Below, one piece after another: positions 25,623 through 35,683 of a stretch of DNA of 64,000 bases. Under the pieces are notes generated by a model that worked only from the letters and a program-made list of their open reading frames with translations, was not told the origin of the DNA and did no database searches. A program made the position numbers and the translations under genes. The DNA comes from Gemmatimonadota bacterium (GTDB lineage: Bacteria > Gemmatimonadota > Gemmatimonadetes > Gemmatimonadales > GWC2-71-9): positions 8,751-72,750 of the forward strand of contig QHUB01000020.1 in NCBI GenBank assembly GCA_003221035.1, written 5' to 3'. The first letter of the stretch is position 1. Each line of letters opens with the position of its first letter.

Positions 25623-28600
25623 CCGAGACGGCGCGCCGGCTGCATCGCCTGGGCAGTCCGCATGCGCGCGTGCGGGCCTTCGCCGTGATCCTCGGCGGCC
25701 TCGGCGCGGCGCTCGCCGGCGCGGCGCTCGGGTTGATGTTGTCGCCGGCAGTCCCGGGCGTCACGCTCGCGTGGCTGCTGATCGCGGCAAGTGCGGCCGG
25801 AGCGACGTGGGCGGTCGCGCGCACGCGCCGTGATGCCGCAGGGCCGGTACTCGGTCGTCTGATCGAGCATGAGGCGGGAGGCCGCGCGGGGAGCATCGTC
25901 GGCGTGATCAGCCCGACGGCGGGGCGGGGCGGCGGTTCGAGCGAGGCACTGCTTCTCGCCGCCGATACGCGCGCTGCCGCAGTGGTTTCGTTCGCAGCGC
26001 CAGGCGTGGATGGCGCCTTGCGGCGCACGACGCGCCGGCATGTTGCGGCCGGTATGGGTGCCGCGGTGACCGGACTATTGCTCTTTCTCGCCGGCTCGCC
26101 GAGCTCGGGCCGCGCGGCGGCCTTCTGGCACCCGGTCCGCACCTGGCGCGATGCACGCGCGCCCGTCCGGCTGATTGTTGACCGAAGCACCGTGCGGCGC
26201 GGCGGCACCGTCACCGCGACGATCACGGTTCCAGGCGCCGAGCGCGTGACGCTGTGGATGCGCGGCGCGGGCGAGCCGTGGAAGGCGACTCTGCTGTCGC
26301 TCGCGGCCGACGGCCACGTCGTGCAGCAGGTTGGTCCCATCGAGTCGGACCTCTATCTCCGCGCATCGAGCGGAGGCCGCCGCAGCGCCGAAGTAAAGGT
26401 TGATGTGGACCTGCCGGCGTTCCTGGCCGATCTTGGACTCACCGCGCGATTTCCGTCCTATCTCGATCGGTCCGACGAGCCGCTGCTCGTTGGACCCGAC
26501 GTGATTCCACTGCCGGCCGGAACGACGGTCGTGACGAGCGGCACGGCCAGCGTTCCGCTCGCGCGCGCCGCCTGGACGCTGGAATCGCGCACCGAGGAGC
26601 TGCGCGTGGACGGCACACGCGTGGATGGCCGTTTCACGCCGGCGGCGAGCGGCACGTGGCGGCTGCGAGCGCAGACCGCTGACGGGTCCGAGCTCGAAGG
26701 CGCGAGTCCCGAGCTGCACCTCTTGATCGTGCCGGATTCCGCGCCCGTCGTGACGTTGCCGGTCCCCGCGCGTGACACGACGTTGCCGATCTCGCTGCAT
26801 CAGCAAATCGTCGCCGATGTGCGCGACGATCACGGGATCTCCCGGCTGACGCTGGTGAGCTGGCGCGTGAGCCGGACGGGGCGCGTCGGCGACGCCGTGC
26901 GCGAATCGCTCGACGTCACCGGTGTCGGTGATCGGACCATCGTCCAGGGACGGCTCGACGCCGAACACCGCGGCCTGCTGCCTGGTGACACGCTGCGACT
27001 CTACGTCGAAGCCTTGGACAATGCGCCCACACCGCACGCCGGACGCAGCGCCGAGATTGCGTTGCGCTTGCCCAGCATGGAAGAGCTGCGCGCCCAGGCG
27101 CGAGCGGCGGCGCGTGAGGTGACGACCGCCGCCGACTCGGTGTCGGCGGCACAGCGCGAGCTGAGCGACCGCACCCGCGATCTCGCCCAGGAGCGCAACC
27201 GCGATAGTGACGGGCGGGCGAGCACACGGGCCGACAGTCGGAATCAGCAGACGGGCAGTATGACGTTCCAGTCCACGCAACGCGCCGAGGAGATCGCGCG
27301 CGACCAGGCCGCAATGTCGCAGCGGGTGCAGGAGCTCGCCCAGGCAGTCGAAGAGATCGCTCGAGCGGCACAGGCCGCCGGCGTCGATGACAGCGCGTTC
27401 CAGAGCCGCCTCCGCGAAGTGCAGCAACTGCTCGAGCGGGCGCTGACGCCGGAGCTCGAGCAGCGGTTGCGCGAGCTGCAGGATGCGCTGGCGCGGCTCG
27501 ATCCTGAGGCGACGCGGCAGGCTTTGCAACATCTCGCCGAAGCGCAGCAGCAGCTGCGTCGCGAGCTGGAGCGCAGCCAGGAGCTGTTCAAGCGAGCCGC
27601 CATGGAAGGTGAGCTGGCGTCACTCGCCAAAGACGCCGAGGACTTGCAGCGCCGCCAGACCGAATGGAACAGGGACGCCGCCCAACGCGCCGACTCGACA
27701 GCCGCGGCGACGGAGCGCGATCTCGCTGCAGCGACCGACTCGCTGGCCCGAGGCGTGGAACGCGCCGCGGCGATGCTGCCGCTCCAGCGGTCACAGGCCG
27801 CGGCGCGGCGCGCGCAGGGCGCGATGGAGGAAGCCGCCGACGCCGCGAGCCGGCGCAACTCCCGTGGCGCGCGGTCGGCGGGGCAGGAAGCCGCCGACTC
27901 GCTCGCACAATTGCCCGATGCGTTGCGTCAGCGGCGCGATTCCCTGGCATCCGCGTGGCGTCAGGAGACGCTCGACGCGCTCGACCGCGCGCTCGCGGAG
28001 ACGGCCGCGCTGGCGCAGCGCCAGCAGGAAGTCGTGGACGCGCTGCGCGATGGGGAAGTCGGCGCGAACACCCGCGCGCGGCAGGCGGCGGTGGAAGAGG
28101 GGACGCACGCCATCGAGCAGGAGATCGGCCAGGCGGCCGGCCGCCATGCGCTGGTCTCGCCGCAGCTCGAAGCGGCGCTGGGGTATGCGCAGAATCAGAT
28201 GCGGCAGTCGCGCGAGCAGCTCGAGCAGGGTGATCCCAATCCTGCCAGCGCGTCCCCGTTCGCCGAGCAGGCGCTCGACGCGCTGAATGCGACGGCGCAC
28301 GCCTTGGTGCGCACTGCGGAACAGGTCGCCGGCGCCAAATCGGGATCGGGCTTCCAGGAAGCGCTCGAGCAGCTCGCCCGCATGGCGCAGCAGCAGCAGG
28401 GCATGAACGGCGACGCGCAGGGCCTCCTGCCGATGATGGGCGCGGGCGGTGAAGGGGCGATGCAGCGCCTGCGGGAGCTGGCGGCGCGCCAGCGACAGCT
28501 CGCCGAACAGCTCGAGCGGCTGCAGGCGGGAGGCGACGCGAGTGCGGCAGGCGCGCTTGCCCAGGAAGCGCGCGATCTGGCGCGCCAGCTGGAAGCGGGA

Positions 28601-28888
28601 CGGCTGGACACCCGGACCATCCAGCGCCAGGAACGCTTGTACCGAAAACTGCTCGACGCCGGTCGCACCCTCTCCGGTGAGGAGCCTGACGAACAAAAGG
28701 ACCGCACCAGCCGCTCCGCCATCGGTGACAGCGTGCACATTCCCGGCGTCCTGCAGCCGGGCGCCACGGGCGCTGGTCCAAAGGTCCGCTACCCGACCTG
28801 GGACGAGCTCAGCGGTCTCACCCCCGAGCAGCGGCGCCTGGTTCTCGAGTACTTCCGCCGGTTGAATGAGCCCCCGCCGAAGCATTAG
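25619..28888 (+). CDS. DUF4175-like membrane-anchored protein with Ig-like domains and a long Gln-rich coiled coil
   Basis: About three N-terminal TM helices, PDSAP...DDHGI and LLPGD...ALDN beta-domains, long Q/E/A/R helical region, C-terminal YFRRL. Confidence 0.75.
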   Translation: MTETARRLHRLGSPHARVRAFAVILGGLGAALAGAALGLMLSPAVPGVTLAWLLIAASAAGATWAVARTRRDAAGPVLGRLIEHEAGGRAGSIVGVISPTAGRGGGSSEALLLAADTRAAAVVSFAAPGVDGALRRTTRRHVAAGMGAAVTGLLLFLAGSPSSGRAAAFWHPVRTWRDARAPVRLIVDRSTVRRGGTVTATITVPGAERVTLWMRGAGEPWKATLLSLAADGHVVQQVGPIESDLYLRASSGGRRSAEVKVDVDLPAFLADLGLTARFPSYLDRSDEPLLVGPDVIPLPAGTTVVTSGTASVPLARAAWTLESRTEELRVDGTRVDGRFTPAASGTWRLRAQTADGSELEGASPELHLLIVPDSAPVVTLPVPARDTTLPISLHQQIVADVRDDHGISRLTLVSWRVSRTGRVGDAVRESLDVTGVGDRTIVQGRLDAEHRGLLPGDTLRLYVEALDNAPTPHAGRSAEIALRLPSMEELRAQARAAAREVTTAADSVSAAQRELSDRTRDLAQERNRDSDGRASTRADSRNQQTGSMTFQSTQRAEEIARDQAAMSQRVQELAQAVEEIARAAQAAGVDDSAFQSRLREVQQLLERALTPELEQRLRELQDALARLDPEATRQALQHLAEAQQQLRRELERSQELFKRAAMEGELASLAKDAEDLQRRQTEWNRDAAQRADSTAAATERDLAAATDSLARGVERAAAMLPLQRSQAAARRAQGAMEEAADAASRRNSRGARSAGQEAADSLAQLPDALRQRRDSLASAWRQETLDALDRALAETAALAQRQQEVVDALRDGEVGANTRARQAAVEEGTHAIEQEIGQAAGRHALVSPQLEAALGYAQNQMRQSREQLEQGDPNPASASPFAEQALDALNATAHALVRTAEQVAGAKSGSGFQEALEQLARMAQQQQGMNGDAQGLLPMMGAGGEGAMQRLRELAARQRQLAEQLERLQAGGDASAAGALAQEARDLARQLEAGRLDTRTIQRQERLYRKLLDAGRTLSGEEPDEQKDRTSRSAIGDSVHIPGVLQPGATGAGPKVRYPTWDELSGLTPEQRRLVLEYFRRLNEPPPKH

Positions 28889-30614
28889 GCTCGCGCTCGC
28901 GCTCGTTCTCCTCGTCGCATCGCCGGCGCTGCTTCGGCCCCAAGCCATCGGTCCCGGCTTCGAGCTCGAGCGCACTGGCCGCTACGCCGATGCAGCCAGC
29001 ATCTATTTCACGACGCTGCGGTCCGATCCGACCAACCTGCCGGCACTGCTGGGACTCGAGCGCACCTTGTTCGTGCTGAACCGGATGCCCGAGCTCTTGC
29101 CGTTGGTGCAGGCCGCGCGCGAGCGGCTGCCGGAGAGCCCGGCGCTGCGCAGCCTGGAGCTGCGGGTCTACGCGGCGCTGAATGAGCTCGACTCGCTCGA
29201 GACCATCGCGCGCCGCTGGGCGGCCGGCGCGCCACAGAGTGAGACACCGTATCGCGAATGGGGTCAGGCGCTCGCGGACCGGCGCCTGTGGGATGAGGCG
29301 CGCCGTGCGTTTCTCGCCGGCCGGCATGCGCTCGGCCACGATGGAGCATTGGCGCTCGAGCTTGCACAACTCGAGCAGCGGGCCGGCAATTGGGAAGCGG
29401 CGGCTGCCGAATGGGGCCGCGCCGTGACGCGCACGCCCGACGTCGAGCCGAACGCCGCCAACACGCTGGCTGATGCGCCGGCCGCCATGCACGAGCGCGT
29501 AGCCCACGTCCTGACCGCTCCTCCGGCGTCGGTGCGCGCGCGACGCCTCGCGGCCGAGCTCCTGCTCGCCTGGGGACAGCCCACCGAAGCATGGGGTGCG
29601 ATGCAGTCCACCCTCGCCCCGGTGGACAGCGATACACCCGTCGCGCTCCGGCGCTTCGTGGACTTGGCGGCCGCGGTGGAAACGCCGGAAGCGCATCGCG
29701 TTCGCGGCCTCGCATTGACGCGGTGGGCCGACATGGTGCCCTGGTCGATGGGTTCGCGCGCGCGCGCGGAGGCCGTCGGCGAGCTGCTCGAAGGCGGCGA
29801 TAAAGTCGCGGCTCGGCACGTCCTCGAGGGTCTTACCGGCGATTCGACCGTGCCGCCGGAAGCGCACGCGGCCGCCGAAGCAGCGCTGATTCAGGTCCTG
29901 ATTGCCGATGGTCAGCTCGATGTCGCGGCGGAACGGCTCGCCTCGGAGAAGACGGCCATCACGGCCGATGATCGGGCCGGCCTGCGGCTCACGCTCGCTC
30001 AGGCACGGGTCGCACGGGGCGACCTGAACCGCGCCGAGGCCGCCCTCGGCAACGACTCGAGCGTCGTCGCGATGGCGGAGCGCGGCTGGATTGCGCTCTA
30101 TCGGGGCAACCTGCCGGGAGCGATGAGTGCTTTCCGCGCCGCGGGTCCATACGCGAGCGATCGCGCCGCCGCGACCGAGCGCACGGCGATGATGGCGATG
30201 CTGCAGCGCATTCAGGAGGAATCGAGTCCCGAGCTCGGTGCCGCGCTGCTCACGCTGGCGCGCGGCGACACCATAGCCGCGATCGCCGCGCTCCGCCGCG
30301 CCGGTAGCCGCTTGCCGGAGCAGGGCGGTCGCCTCGAGGTGCTGTTGCTCGCGGGGCAGGTCGCGGCGCAGAAGGGCGGCGAGCAGGAGCAAGCGGCGAT
30401 CGCGCTGTTCGATGAAATCGTGCGGGGCGGCGGCGAGGGCGCGGCACCTGCCGCTGCCGAGCTGGAATGGTCGCGGCTGCTCGTGCGGACCGGACGCTCC
30501 GCGGACGCGATTCCGCATCTCGAGCATTTGATCCTGACCTATCCGAACAGCGCCTTTGTCCCCGAAGCTCGGCGGGTGTTGGAGCGCGCTAAAGGCGCGA
30601 TTCCGAAATCGTGA
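28866..30614 (+). CDS. Exported TPR-repeat protein
   Basis: Signal peptide, Ala/Leu/Arg helical repeats, C-terminal LILTYPNSAFVPEARR. Confidence 0.8.
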   Translation: MSPRRSIRLALALVLLVASPALLRPQAIGPGFELERTGRYADAASIYFTTLRSDPTNLPALLGLERTLFVLNRMPELLPLVQAARERLPESPALRSLELRVYAALNELDSLETIARRWAAGAPQSETPYREWGQALADRRLWDEARRAFLAGRHALGHDGALALELAQLEQRAGNWEAAAAEWGRAVTRTPDVEPNAANTLADAPAAMHERVAHVLTAPPASVRARRLAAELLLAWGQPTEAWGAMQSTLAPVDSDTPVALRRFVDLAAAVETPEAHRVRGLALTRWADMVPWSMGSRARAEAVGELLEGGDKVAARHVLEGLTGDSTVPPEAHAAAEAALIQVLIADGQLDVAAERLASEKTAITADDRAGLRLTLAQARVARGDLNRAEAALGNDSSVVAMAERGWIALYRGNLPGAMSAFRAAGPYASDRAAATERTAMMAMLQRIQEESSPELGAALLTLARGDTIAAIAALRRAGSRLPEQGGRLEVLLLAGQVAAQKGGEQEQAAIALFDEIVRGGGEGAAPAAAELEWSRLLVRTGRSADAIPHLEHLILTYPNSAFVPEARRVLERAKGAIPKS

Positions 30615-31894
30615 AACGTCGCGAATTCGTCCAGACAATCGGAGCGTTGGGCGCAACGACGCTCCTACCGTCCTTTCCCGTCCTTTACCGTTCTGTACCG
30701 TCGTTGTTGGTACCGATGGACGACGCCCAGACCGATCACCTCAAGGCGTACGGTCTGACGTATCGCGCGATCCAGGCCGGACTCAAGGCCGAGTGGCTGC
30801 TGAACTATCGCGGCGGCTCGTTTCTGATTCCCGATCTCGACGCGCTGCGGCGGGATGCGGCGCTCAACGGCATTCGCACCGAGCCGGTCGACAGTGCGAT
30901 GACGGCCGTGCGCGGCGAAATCGAAGCGAACAACATGGACGCCGTGCCGCTCGAGAAAGCGCCGAAGATTGCCGTCTATGCGCCGCCCAATGCCGCGCCG
31001 TGGGACGATGCGGTGACGATGGCGCTGCAGTACGCCGGCATCCAGTTCACGAAGATCTGGGATGCGGAAGTGGTGGATGGCACCCTGCGGGACTATGATT
31101 GGCTGCACTTGCATCACGAGGATTTTACCGGCCAGTACTCGAAGTTTTTCCTGATCTACTCCGGCATGAGCTGGCTGGCGGAAATGGTGCAGCGCAACAG
31201 CGAGATGGCGCGGCGGCTCAACTTCGCGACCGTCCCCGATCTCAAGAAAGCCGTCGCCCGGGGCATTCGCAGCTACGTCGACAACGGCGGTTTCCTGTTT
31301 GCCATGTGCACCGCCACCGAGACGATCGACCTCGCGCTTGCGGCGCAAGCCGTGGACATCGCGGCCACCTTCGCCGACGGTACGCCGATCGATCCGGACG
31401 CCGACGCCAAGCTCGACTGGACCAAGACCTTCGCGTTCACCGGCGCGCACATCGAGACCAATCCGCTGGTCGCCAGCTTTTCCGACATCGATGGCCATCA
31501 GGTGAACGGCGGAGCGCGCCGCCAACCGCTGGGCGCGTTCAAGCTCTTCAACTTCAGCGCCAAGATCGATCCCGTGCCGACCATGCTCGTCCAGAACCAT
31601 CGTCAGGTGATCCCCGACTTCTACGGCCTGACGACGTCGTTCACGCGCGATCACTTGAAGCCCGGCGTCACGATCATGGGCGACGAAGAGGGCGCGCCGT
31701 GGGTCAAATACATCCACGGCGACCTGGGGAAGGGCACGTGGACGTTCTTTGGCGGCCACGATCCCGAGGATCCGCAGCACCAGATCGGCGATCCCGCCAC
31801 GGATCTCTCGCTCCATCCGCATTCGCCCGGCTACCGCCTGATCCTGAACAACGTGTTGTTTCCCGCGGCCAAGAAGAAAGAACTCAAGACGTGA
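30611..31894 (+). CDS. Tat-exported protein of unknown function with a class I glutamine amidotransferase-like fold (family often mislabelled asparagine synthetase B)
   Basis: KRREF twin-arginine signal; HLKAYG, WLLNYRGGSF, PWDDAV, HLHHEDFTGQ, GGFLFAMC, GGHDPED and GYRLILNNVLFPAA. Confidence 0.75.
   Translation: MKRREFVQTIGALGATTLLPSFPVLYRSVPSLLVPMDDAQTDHLKAYGLTYRAIQAGLKAEWLLNYRGGSFLIPDLDALRRDAALNGIRTEPVDSAMTAVRGEIEANNMDAVPLEKAPKIAVYAPPNAAPWDDAVTMALQYAGIQFTKIWDAEVVDGTLRDYDWLHLHHEDFTGQYSKFFLIYSGMSWLAEMVQRNSEMARRLNFATVPDLKKAVARGIRSYVDNGGFLFAMCTATETIDLALAAQAVDIAATFADGTPIDPDADAKLDWTKTFAFTGAHIETNPLVASFSDIDGHQVNGGARRQPLGAFKLFNFSAKIDPVPTMLVQNHRQVIPDFYGLTTSFTRDHLKPGVTIMGDEEGAPWVKYIHGDLGKGTWTFFGGHDPEDPQHQIGDPATDLSLHPHSPGYRLILNNVLFPAAKKKELKT
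30665..30704 (+). repeat. Degenerate decamer tandem repeat x4 in Tat signal-peptide-coding DNA
   Basis: CTACCGTCCT TTCCCGTCCT TTACCGTTCT GTACCGTCGT. Confidence 0.65.
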
Positions 31895-34419
31895 GCGTCG
31901 AGCGCCTGACGGCGGCGGCACGTACTCTGCTGCAGGAAGAGATCGCCGCCGCCCACGGGCGCGAGGTGTCGTTCGTGGTGCGTGCCGATGCCAACGGAAC
32001 GCTCAGCGACGCCCGGGTCGTCGCGCGCGGCACCGTCGATGCGGTCCTCGCGCTGCCCGGCGTGGCCCAGCGCGGCGAAATGCTGATTCACAATCACCCG
32101 AGCGGCTTTCTCGAGCCGTCGGGCGCCGATCTCCACGTCGCGGCACGGCTGCACGACGAGGGCGTGGGCTTCGGCATCGTCAACAACGACGTCTCGACGC
32201 TCTACATCGTGGTCGAGATGCCGCGCGCCCGCGCATTGCAGCGCCTCGACGCGCTAGCCGTCGCCGACCTGCTCACCGAATCCGGCCCGATCGCCCGTGT
32301 GTTGGGCACGTCGGCATTTGAAGATCGTCCCGGCCAGCGCGACATGGCGGCGTATATCGCCGACGCCTACAACGATGGCGGCGTCGCGCTGCTCGAAGCG
32401 GGCACCGGTGTGGGCAAGTCGTTCGCCTATCTGGTGCCGGCGCTCGAGTGGGCGCGGGTGAATGGGGAGCGCACGGTCGTCTCGACCAACACGATCAATC
32501 TGCAGGAGCAGCTCGTCGGCAAAGACCTGCCGGTCCTGGCGCGCGCGTTCTCGACCGGCGAGCGCGCGGTCACGTTCGCGCTGCTCAAGGGCTGGCGGAA
32601 CTACCTCTGTCTCTCGCGCCTCGAGCAGGCGCGCGCCGGTCAGGAATCGCTCTTCGACGACGCGCGCGCCGCTGAGCTCGAGGCCATTGCGGGGTGGGCG
32701 TCGCGTACGGCCGATGGGAGTTTGTCCGATCTCGTGGAAGAGCCCTCTCCCGAGGTCTGGGACGCCGTCGCCGCCGAGTCCGATCTCTGCACCAGGCTCA
32801 AGTGCCCGCACTTCGATCGCTGCTTTGTTTTTGCCGCGAGACGCCGAGCTGCTGAAGCCGACGTCGTCGTCGTCAATCATCATCTGCTGGCATCGGACCT
32901 CGCGGTTCGCATCGCATCCGACAACTGGCAGGAGGCGGCCGTGTTGCCGCCGTATCGCCGGCTCGTACTCGACGAAGCCCATCATCTCGAGGACATCGCC
33001 GCCCACCATCTCGGCCAGCAGGTCAGCATGCTCGGAGTGCAGCGATTGCTCGGCAGGCTCGAACGCAACGGTCGCGGGCTGCTGCCCACACTCGCCGCCG
33101 AGCTCGCCAGCCACAACGATCTGATGGGCGCGGCCAGTCGAGATCTGCTCGGGCGCACGGTGCTCGACGCGCTCGGCGCCGCGCGGCGGTGGGCGGAGGA
33201 GCTGTTCGGCCGACTCGCGCGCCGTCTCGATGCAGAGCCGGCGCAGGCTCCGGTGTTGCGGCTGACAGACTCGTTTGCCGAAGACGGGGTGTGGCGCGAA
33301 GGGCTCGACGTCGCGCTCGACAATCTGCTCGTCGCCTTCAGCAAGCTGCGCGACGGCGTGGAGACGATCGCCGACCGGCTGTCGAACGACGATCCCGCCG
33401 AGATGCGCACGCGGCTGATCAGCGAGCTGCGCGGTGTGGTGCGACGGCTCGACACGGCGGCGGAGGGACTGAAGGCGACGTTGCAACCGGTCGGCTATCG
33501 GGCGCCCGCCGGAGCCGCGGTGCGCTGGCTGGAGAAACGCGGACGTCGCACGCCGAATCTCACGCTGTCCGCGGTGCCGCTCGATCTCGCGCCCGTGCTG
33601 AAAGACGCGCTGTTCGATCGGGTCGAAACCGTCGTGCTGACCAGCGCCACGCTGGCCGCGGGTGGCGAATTTACTTTCCTCGAGGAGAGGCTCGGTCTTT
33701 CGCTGCCGCCCTCCCGCGTCACGGTGCGCGAGATCCTGCCCTCGCCGTTCGACTTCGGCGCGCAGTGCGTCTTCGGTATTCCGACCGACATCCCCGAGCC
33801 GCGCGATGACGAATCGGGCCACGGCGCCGCGGTCGCCCGCGTCCTGCTCGAGCTCGCGCACGCATCGGACGGCGGCATCTTCGCGCTGTTCACGAGCCAC
33901 GGCGCCCTGCGGCGCGCGGCCGAGGCCGTCCGCGGCCATGTCGGCGCGCGCTGGCCGCTGCTCGTGCAGGGCGAGGGCCAGCGCGACCAGTTGTTACGCC
34001 GCTTTCGCGACGCCGGCTCCGCCATCCTGCTCGGCACCGATTCATTTTGGGAAGGCGTAGACGTGCCGGGCCGAGCGCTACGCGTCTTGATCCTGGCCAA
34101 ACTGCCGTTCAAAGTGCCGACGGAGCCCCTAACCGCCGCACGTCTCGAGCGTCTCACCCAGGCAGGCGTGGACGGATTCACGCACTATCTCGTGCCCCTC
34201 GCCGCGCTCAAGCTGAAACAGGGGTTCGGACGGTTAATCCGCACCAAGTCCGATGTCGGGGCGGTCGTCCTGCTCGACCGGCGCGTGGTAACCAAACGCT
34301 ACGGCGCGTCCATGCTGGAGGGGCTGCCCCCAGCCGCACGAGCCATCGGGAATTGGTCCGAAGTGCGGCAGGAGCTGGAGGAATTCTTCGCTATCCACGG
34401 CATCGGAGCGCCCGCATAG
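31891..34419 (+). CDS. DinG/YoaA-family helicase with an N-terminal JAB/RadC-like domain
   Basis: GTGA overlap start; HNHPSGFLEPSGAD; EAGTGVGKS, DEAHHLE, TSATL, SFWEGVDVPG and KQGFGRLIR; Fe-S cysteines in NYLC...C-x4-C-x5-C. Confidence 0.9.
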   Translation: MSVERLTAAARTLLQEEIAAAHGREVSFVVRADANGTLSDARVVARGTVDAVLALPGVAQRGEMLIHNHPSGFLEPSGADLHVAARLHDEGVGFGIVNNDVSTLYIVVEMPRARALQRLDALAVADLLTESGPIARVLGTSAFEDRPGQRDMAAYIADAYNDGGVALLEAGTGVGKSFAYLVPALEWARVNGERTVVSTNTINLQEQLVGKDLPVLARAFSTGERAVTFALLKGWRNYLCLSRLEQARAGQESLFDDARAAELEAIAGWASRTADGSLSDLVEEPSPEVWDAVAAESDLCTRLKCPHFDRCFVFAARRRAAEADVVVVNHHLLASDLAVRIASDNWQEAAVLPPYRRLVLDEAHHLEDIAAHHLGQQVSMLGVQRLLGRLERNGRGLLPTLAAELASHNDLMGAASRDLLGRTVLDALGAARRWAEELFGRLARRLDAEPAQAPVLRLTDSFAEDGVWREGLDVALDNLLVAFSKLRDGVETIADRLSNDDPAEMRTRLISELRGVVRRLDTAAEGLKATLQPVGYRAPAGAAVRWLEKRGRRTPNLTLSAVPLDLAPVLKDALFDRVETVVLTSATLAAGGEFTFLEERLGLSLPPSRVTVREILPSPFDFGAQCVFGIPTDIPEPRDDESGHGAAVARVLLELAHASDGGIFALFTSHGALRRAAEAVRGHVGARWPLLVQGEGQRDQLLRRFRDAGSAILLGTDSFWEGVDVPGRALRVLILAKLPFKVPTEPLTAARLERLTQAGVDGFTHYLVPLAALKLKQGFGRLIRTKSDVGAVVLLDRRVVTKRYGASMLEGLPPAARAIGNWSEVRQELEEFFAIHGIGAPA

Positions 34420-34443
34420 ATCTGTAGTAGATTCCGGAAGCTA

Positions 34444-35643
34444 TTGGCTACTCACCACGATCCGGAGAGTCCGTTGGCAGGATTCAGCAAGCGCGTTACA
34501 GCTCTTCCCGCATATCCCATGGCCGAGCTGCCGGCCATCAAGAAGCGGATGATCGAGCAAGGCGTCGATGTGATCGATGTCGGTGCGGGGGACGCGGATT
34601 TTCCTCCGCCTGAGGTAGCAGTGACCGCGCTGAACCGCGCGCTCCAGGATCCCGCCATGAGCCGGTACGCGTTTCAACTCGGCCTTCCGGCGTTTCGCGA
34701 AGCGGCCGCGGCCTACATGGAGCGGCGCTTTGGCGTGACCGTCGACCCGTACAAGGAGCTGCACCCGATCCTCGGCTCCAAAGAAGGCATCGCGCACCTC
34801 GCAAGCGCCGTCCTGAATCCCGGTGACGTCGCGATCGTGCCCGTGCCGGGCTACGCGGTCTACCATGGCGGCACTGTGTTGTGCGACGCCGAGCCGTATC
34901 CCTACATCCTGACGCCGCAGACTGACTTCTTGCTGGAGCTCGACGAGATTCCCGCCGATGTTCTGAAGAAGGCGAAGCTCGTTTACCTCAACTATCCGAA
35001 CAATCCGACCGCCGCCGTGGCGCCGCGCGATTATCTCGAGCGCACCATCGCCGCATGTCGGAAGCACGACCTGCTGCTCGCCTACGACAATCCGTATTGC
35101 GAGATCACGTTCGATGGCTACGTCGCGCCGTCGATCTTCGAGATCCCGGGCGCGATGGAGGTCGTGGTCGAGTTCCATTCGCTGTCCAAGAGTTTTTGCA
35201 TGACCGGCTGGCGGCTCGGCTGGGCGGTGGGGCGCCCCGACCGCATCGCCGCGCTGGCGCGCGTCAAGAATTACATCGACACCGGCGCCTTCCTCGCCGT
35301 GCAGGCCGCGGGAGCCGAGGTACTGCAGCAGGCCGAGCGCATCGCCGCGGGGTATGCGGCGAAGTTCAAGGAGCGGCGCGACGGCATCCTGCCGGTGCTG
35401 CGCGCCAATGGTTTCGAGGTCGAGACTCCGCGCGCGACGTTGTACGTCTGGGTGCCGCTGCCGGAGGGTCTGGCATCGGCGGCCTTCCAGAAGCGCGCGC
35501 TCGAAGACGTCGGCGTGGTCACGCTGCCGGGGAGTGCATTCGGCGCGGGGGCGGATGGCTTCTTCCGCATTGCGCTGACTGTCCCAACGCCACGTCTGAT
35601 CGAGGCGACTGAACGGCTGGGAAAGGTGCTCGCGACTGTTTGA
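34444..35643 (+). CDS. Class I/II aminotransferase, LL-diaminopimelate aminotransferase-like
   Basis: GSKEGIAH, NYPNNPT and SLSKSFCMTGWRLG. Confidence 0.88.
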   Translation: MATHHDPESPLAGFSKRVTALPAYPMAELPAIKKRMIEQGVDVIDVGAGDADFPPPEVAVTALNRALQDPAMSRYAFQLGLPAFREAAAAYMERRFGVTVDPYKELHPILGSKEGIAHLASAVLNPGDVAIVPVPGYAVYHGGTVLCDAEPYPYILTPQTDFLLELDEIPADVLKKAKLVYLNYPNNPTAAVAPRDYLERTIAACRKHDLLLAYDNPYCEITFDGYVAPSIFEIPGAMEVVVEFHSLSKSFCMTGWRLGWAVGRPDRIAALARVKNYIDTGAFLAVQAAGAEVLQQAERIAAGYAAKFKERRDGILPVLRANGFEVETPRATLYVWVPLPEGLASAAFQKRALEDVGVVTLPGSAFGAGADGFFRIALTVPTPRLIEATERLGKVLATV

Positions 35644-35683
35644 ACGACTGGTAAATCGTCAGCCGAGTGGCCGCGCATGGCTC

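Noticed and set aside
30611-31894. Asparagine synthetase B
   Set aside because: Lacks the Ntn Cys and the ATP-pyrophosphatase SGGxDS motif and carries a Tat signal.
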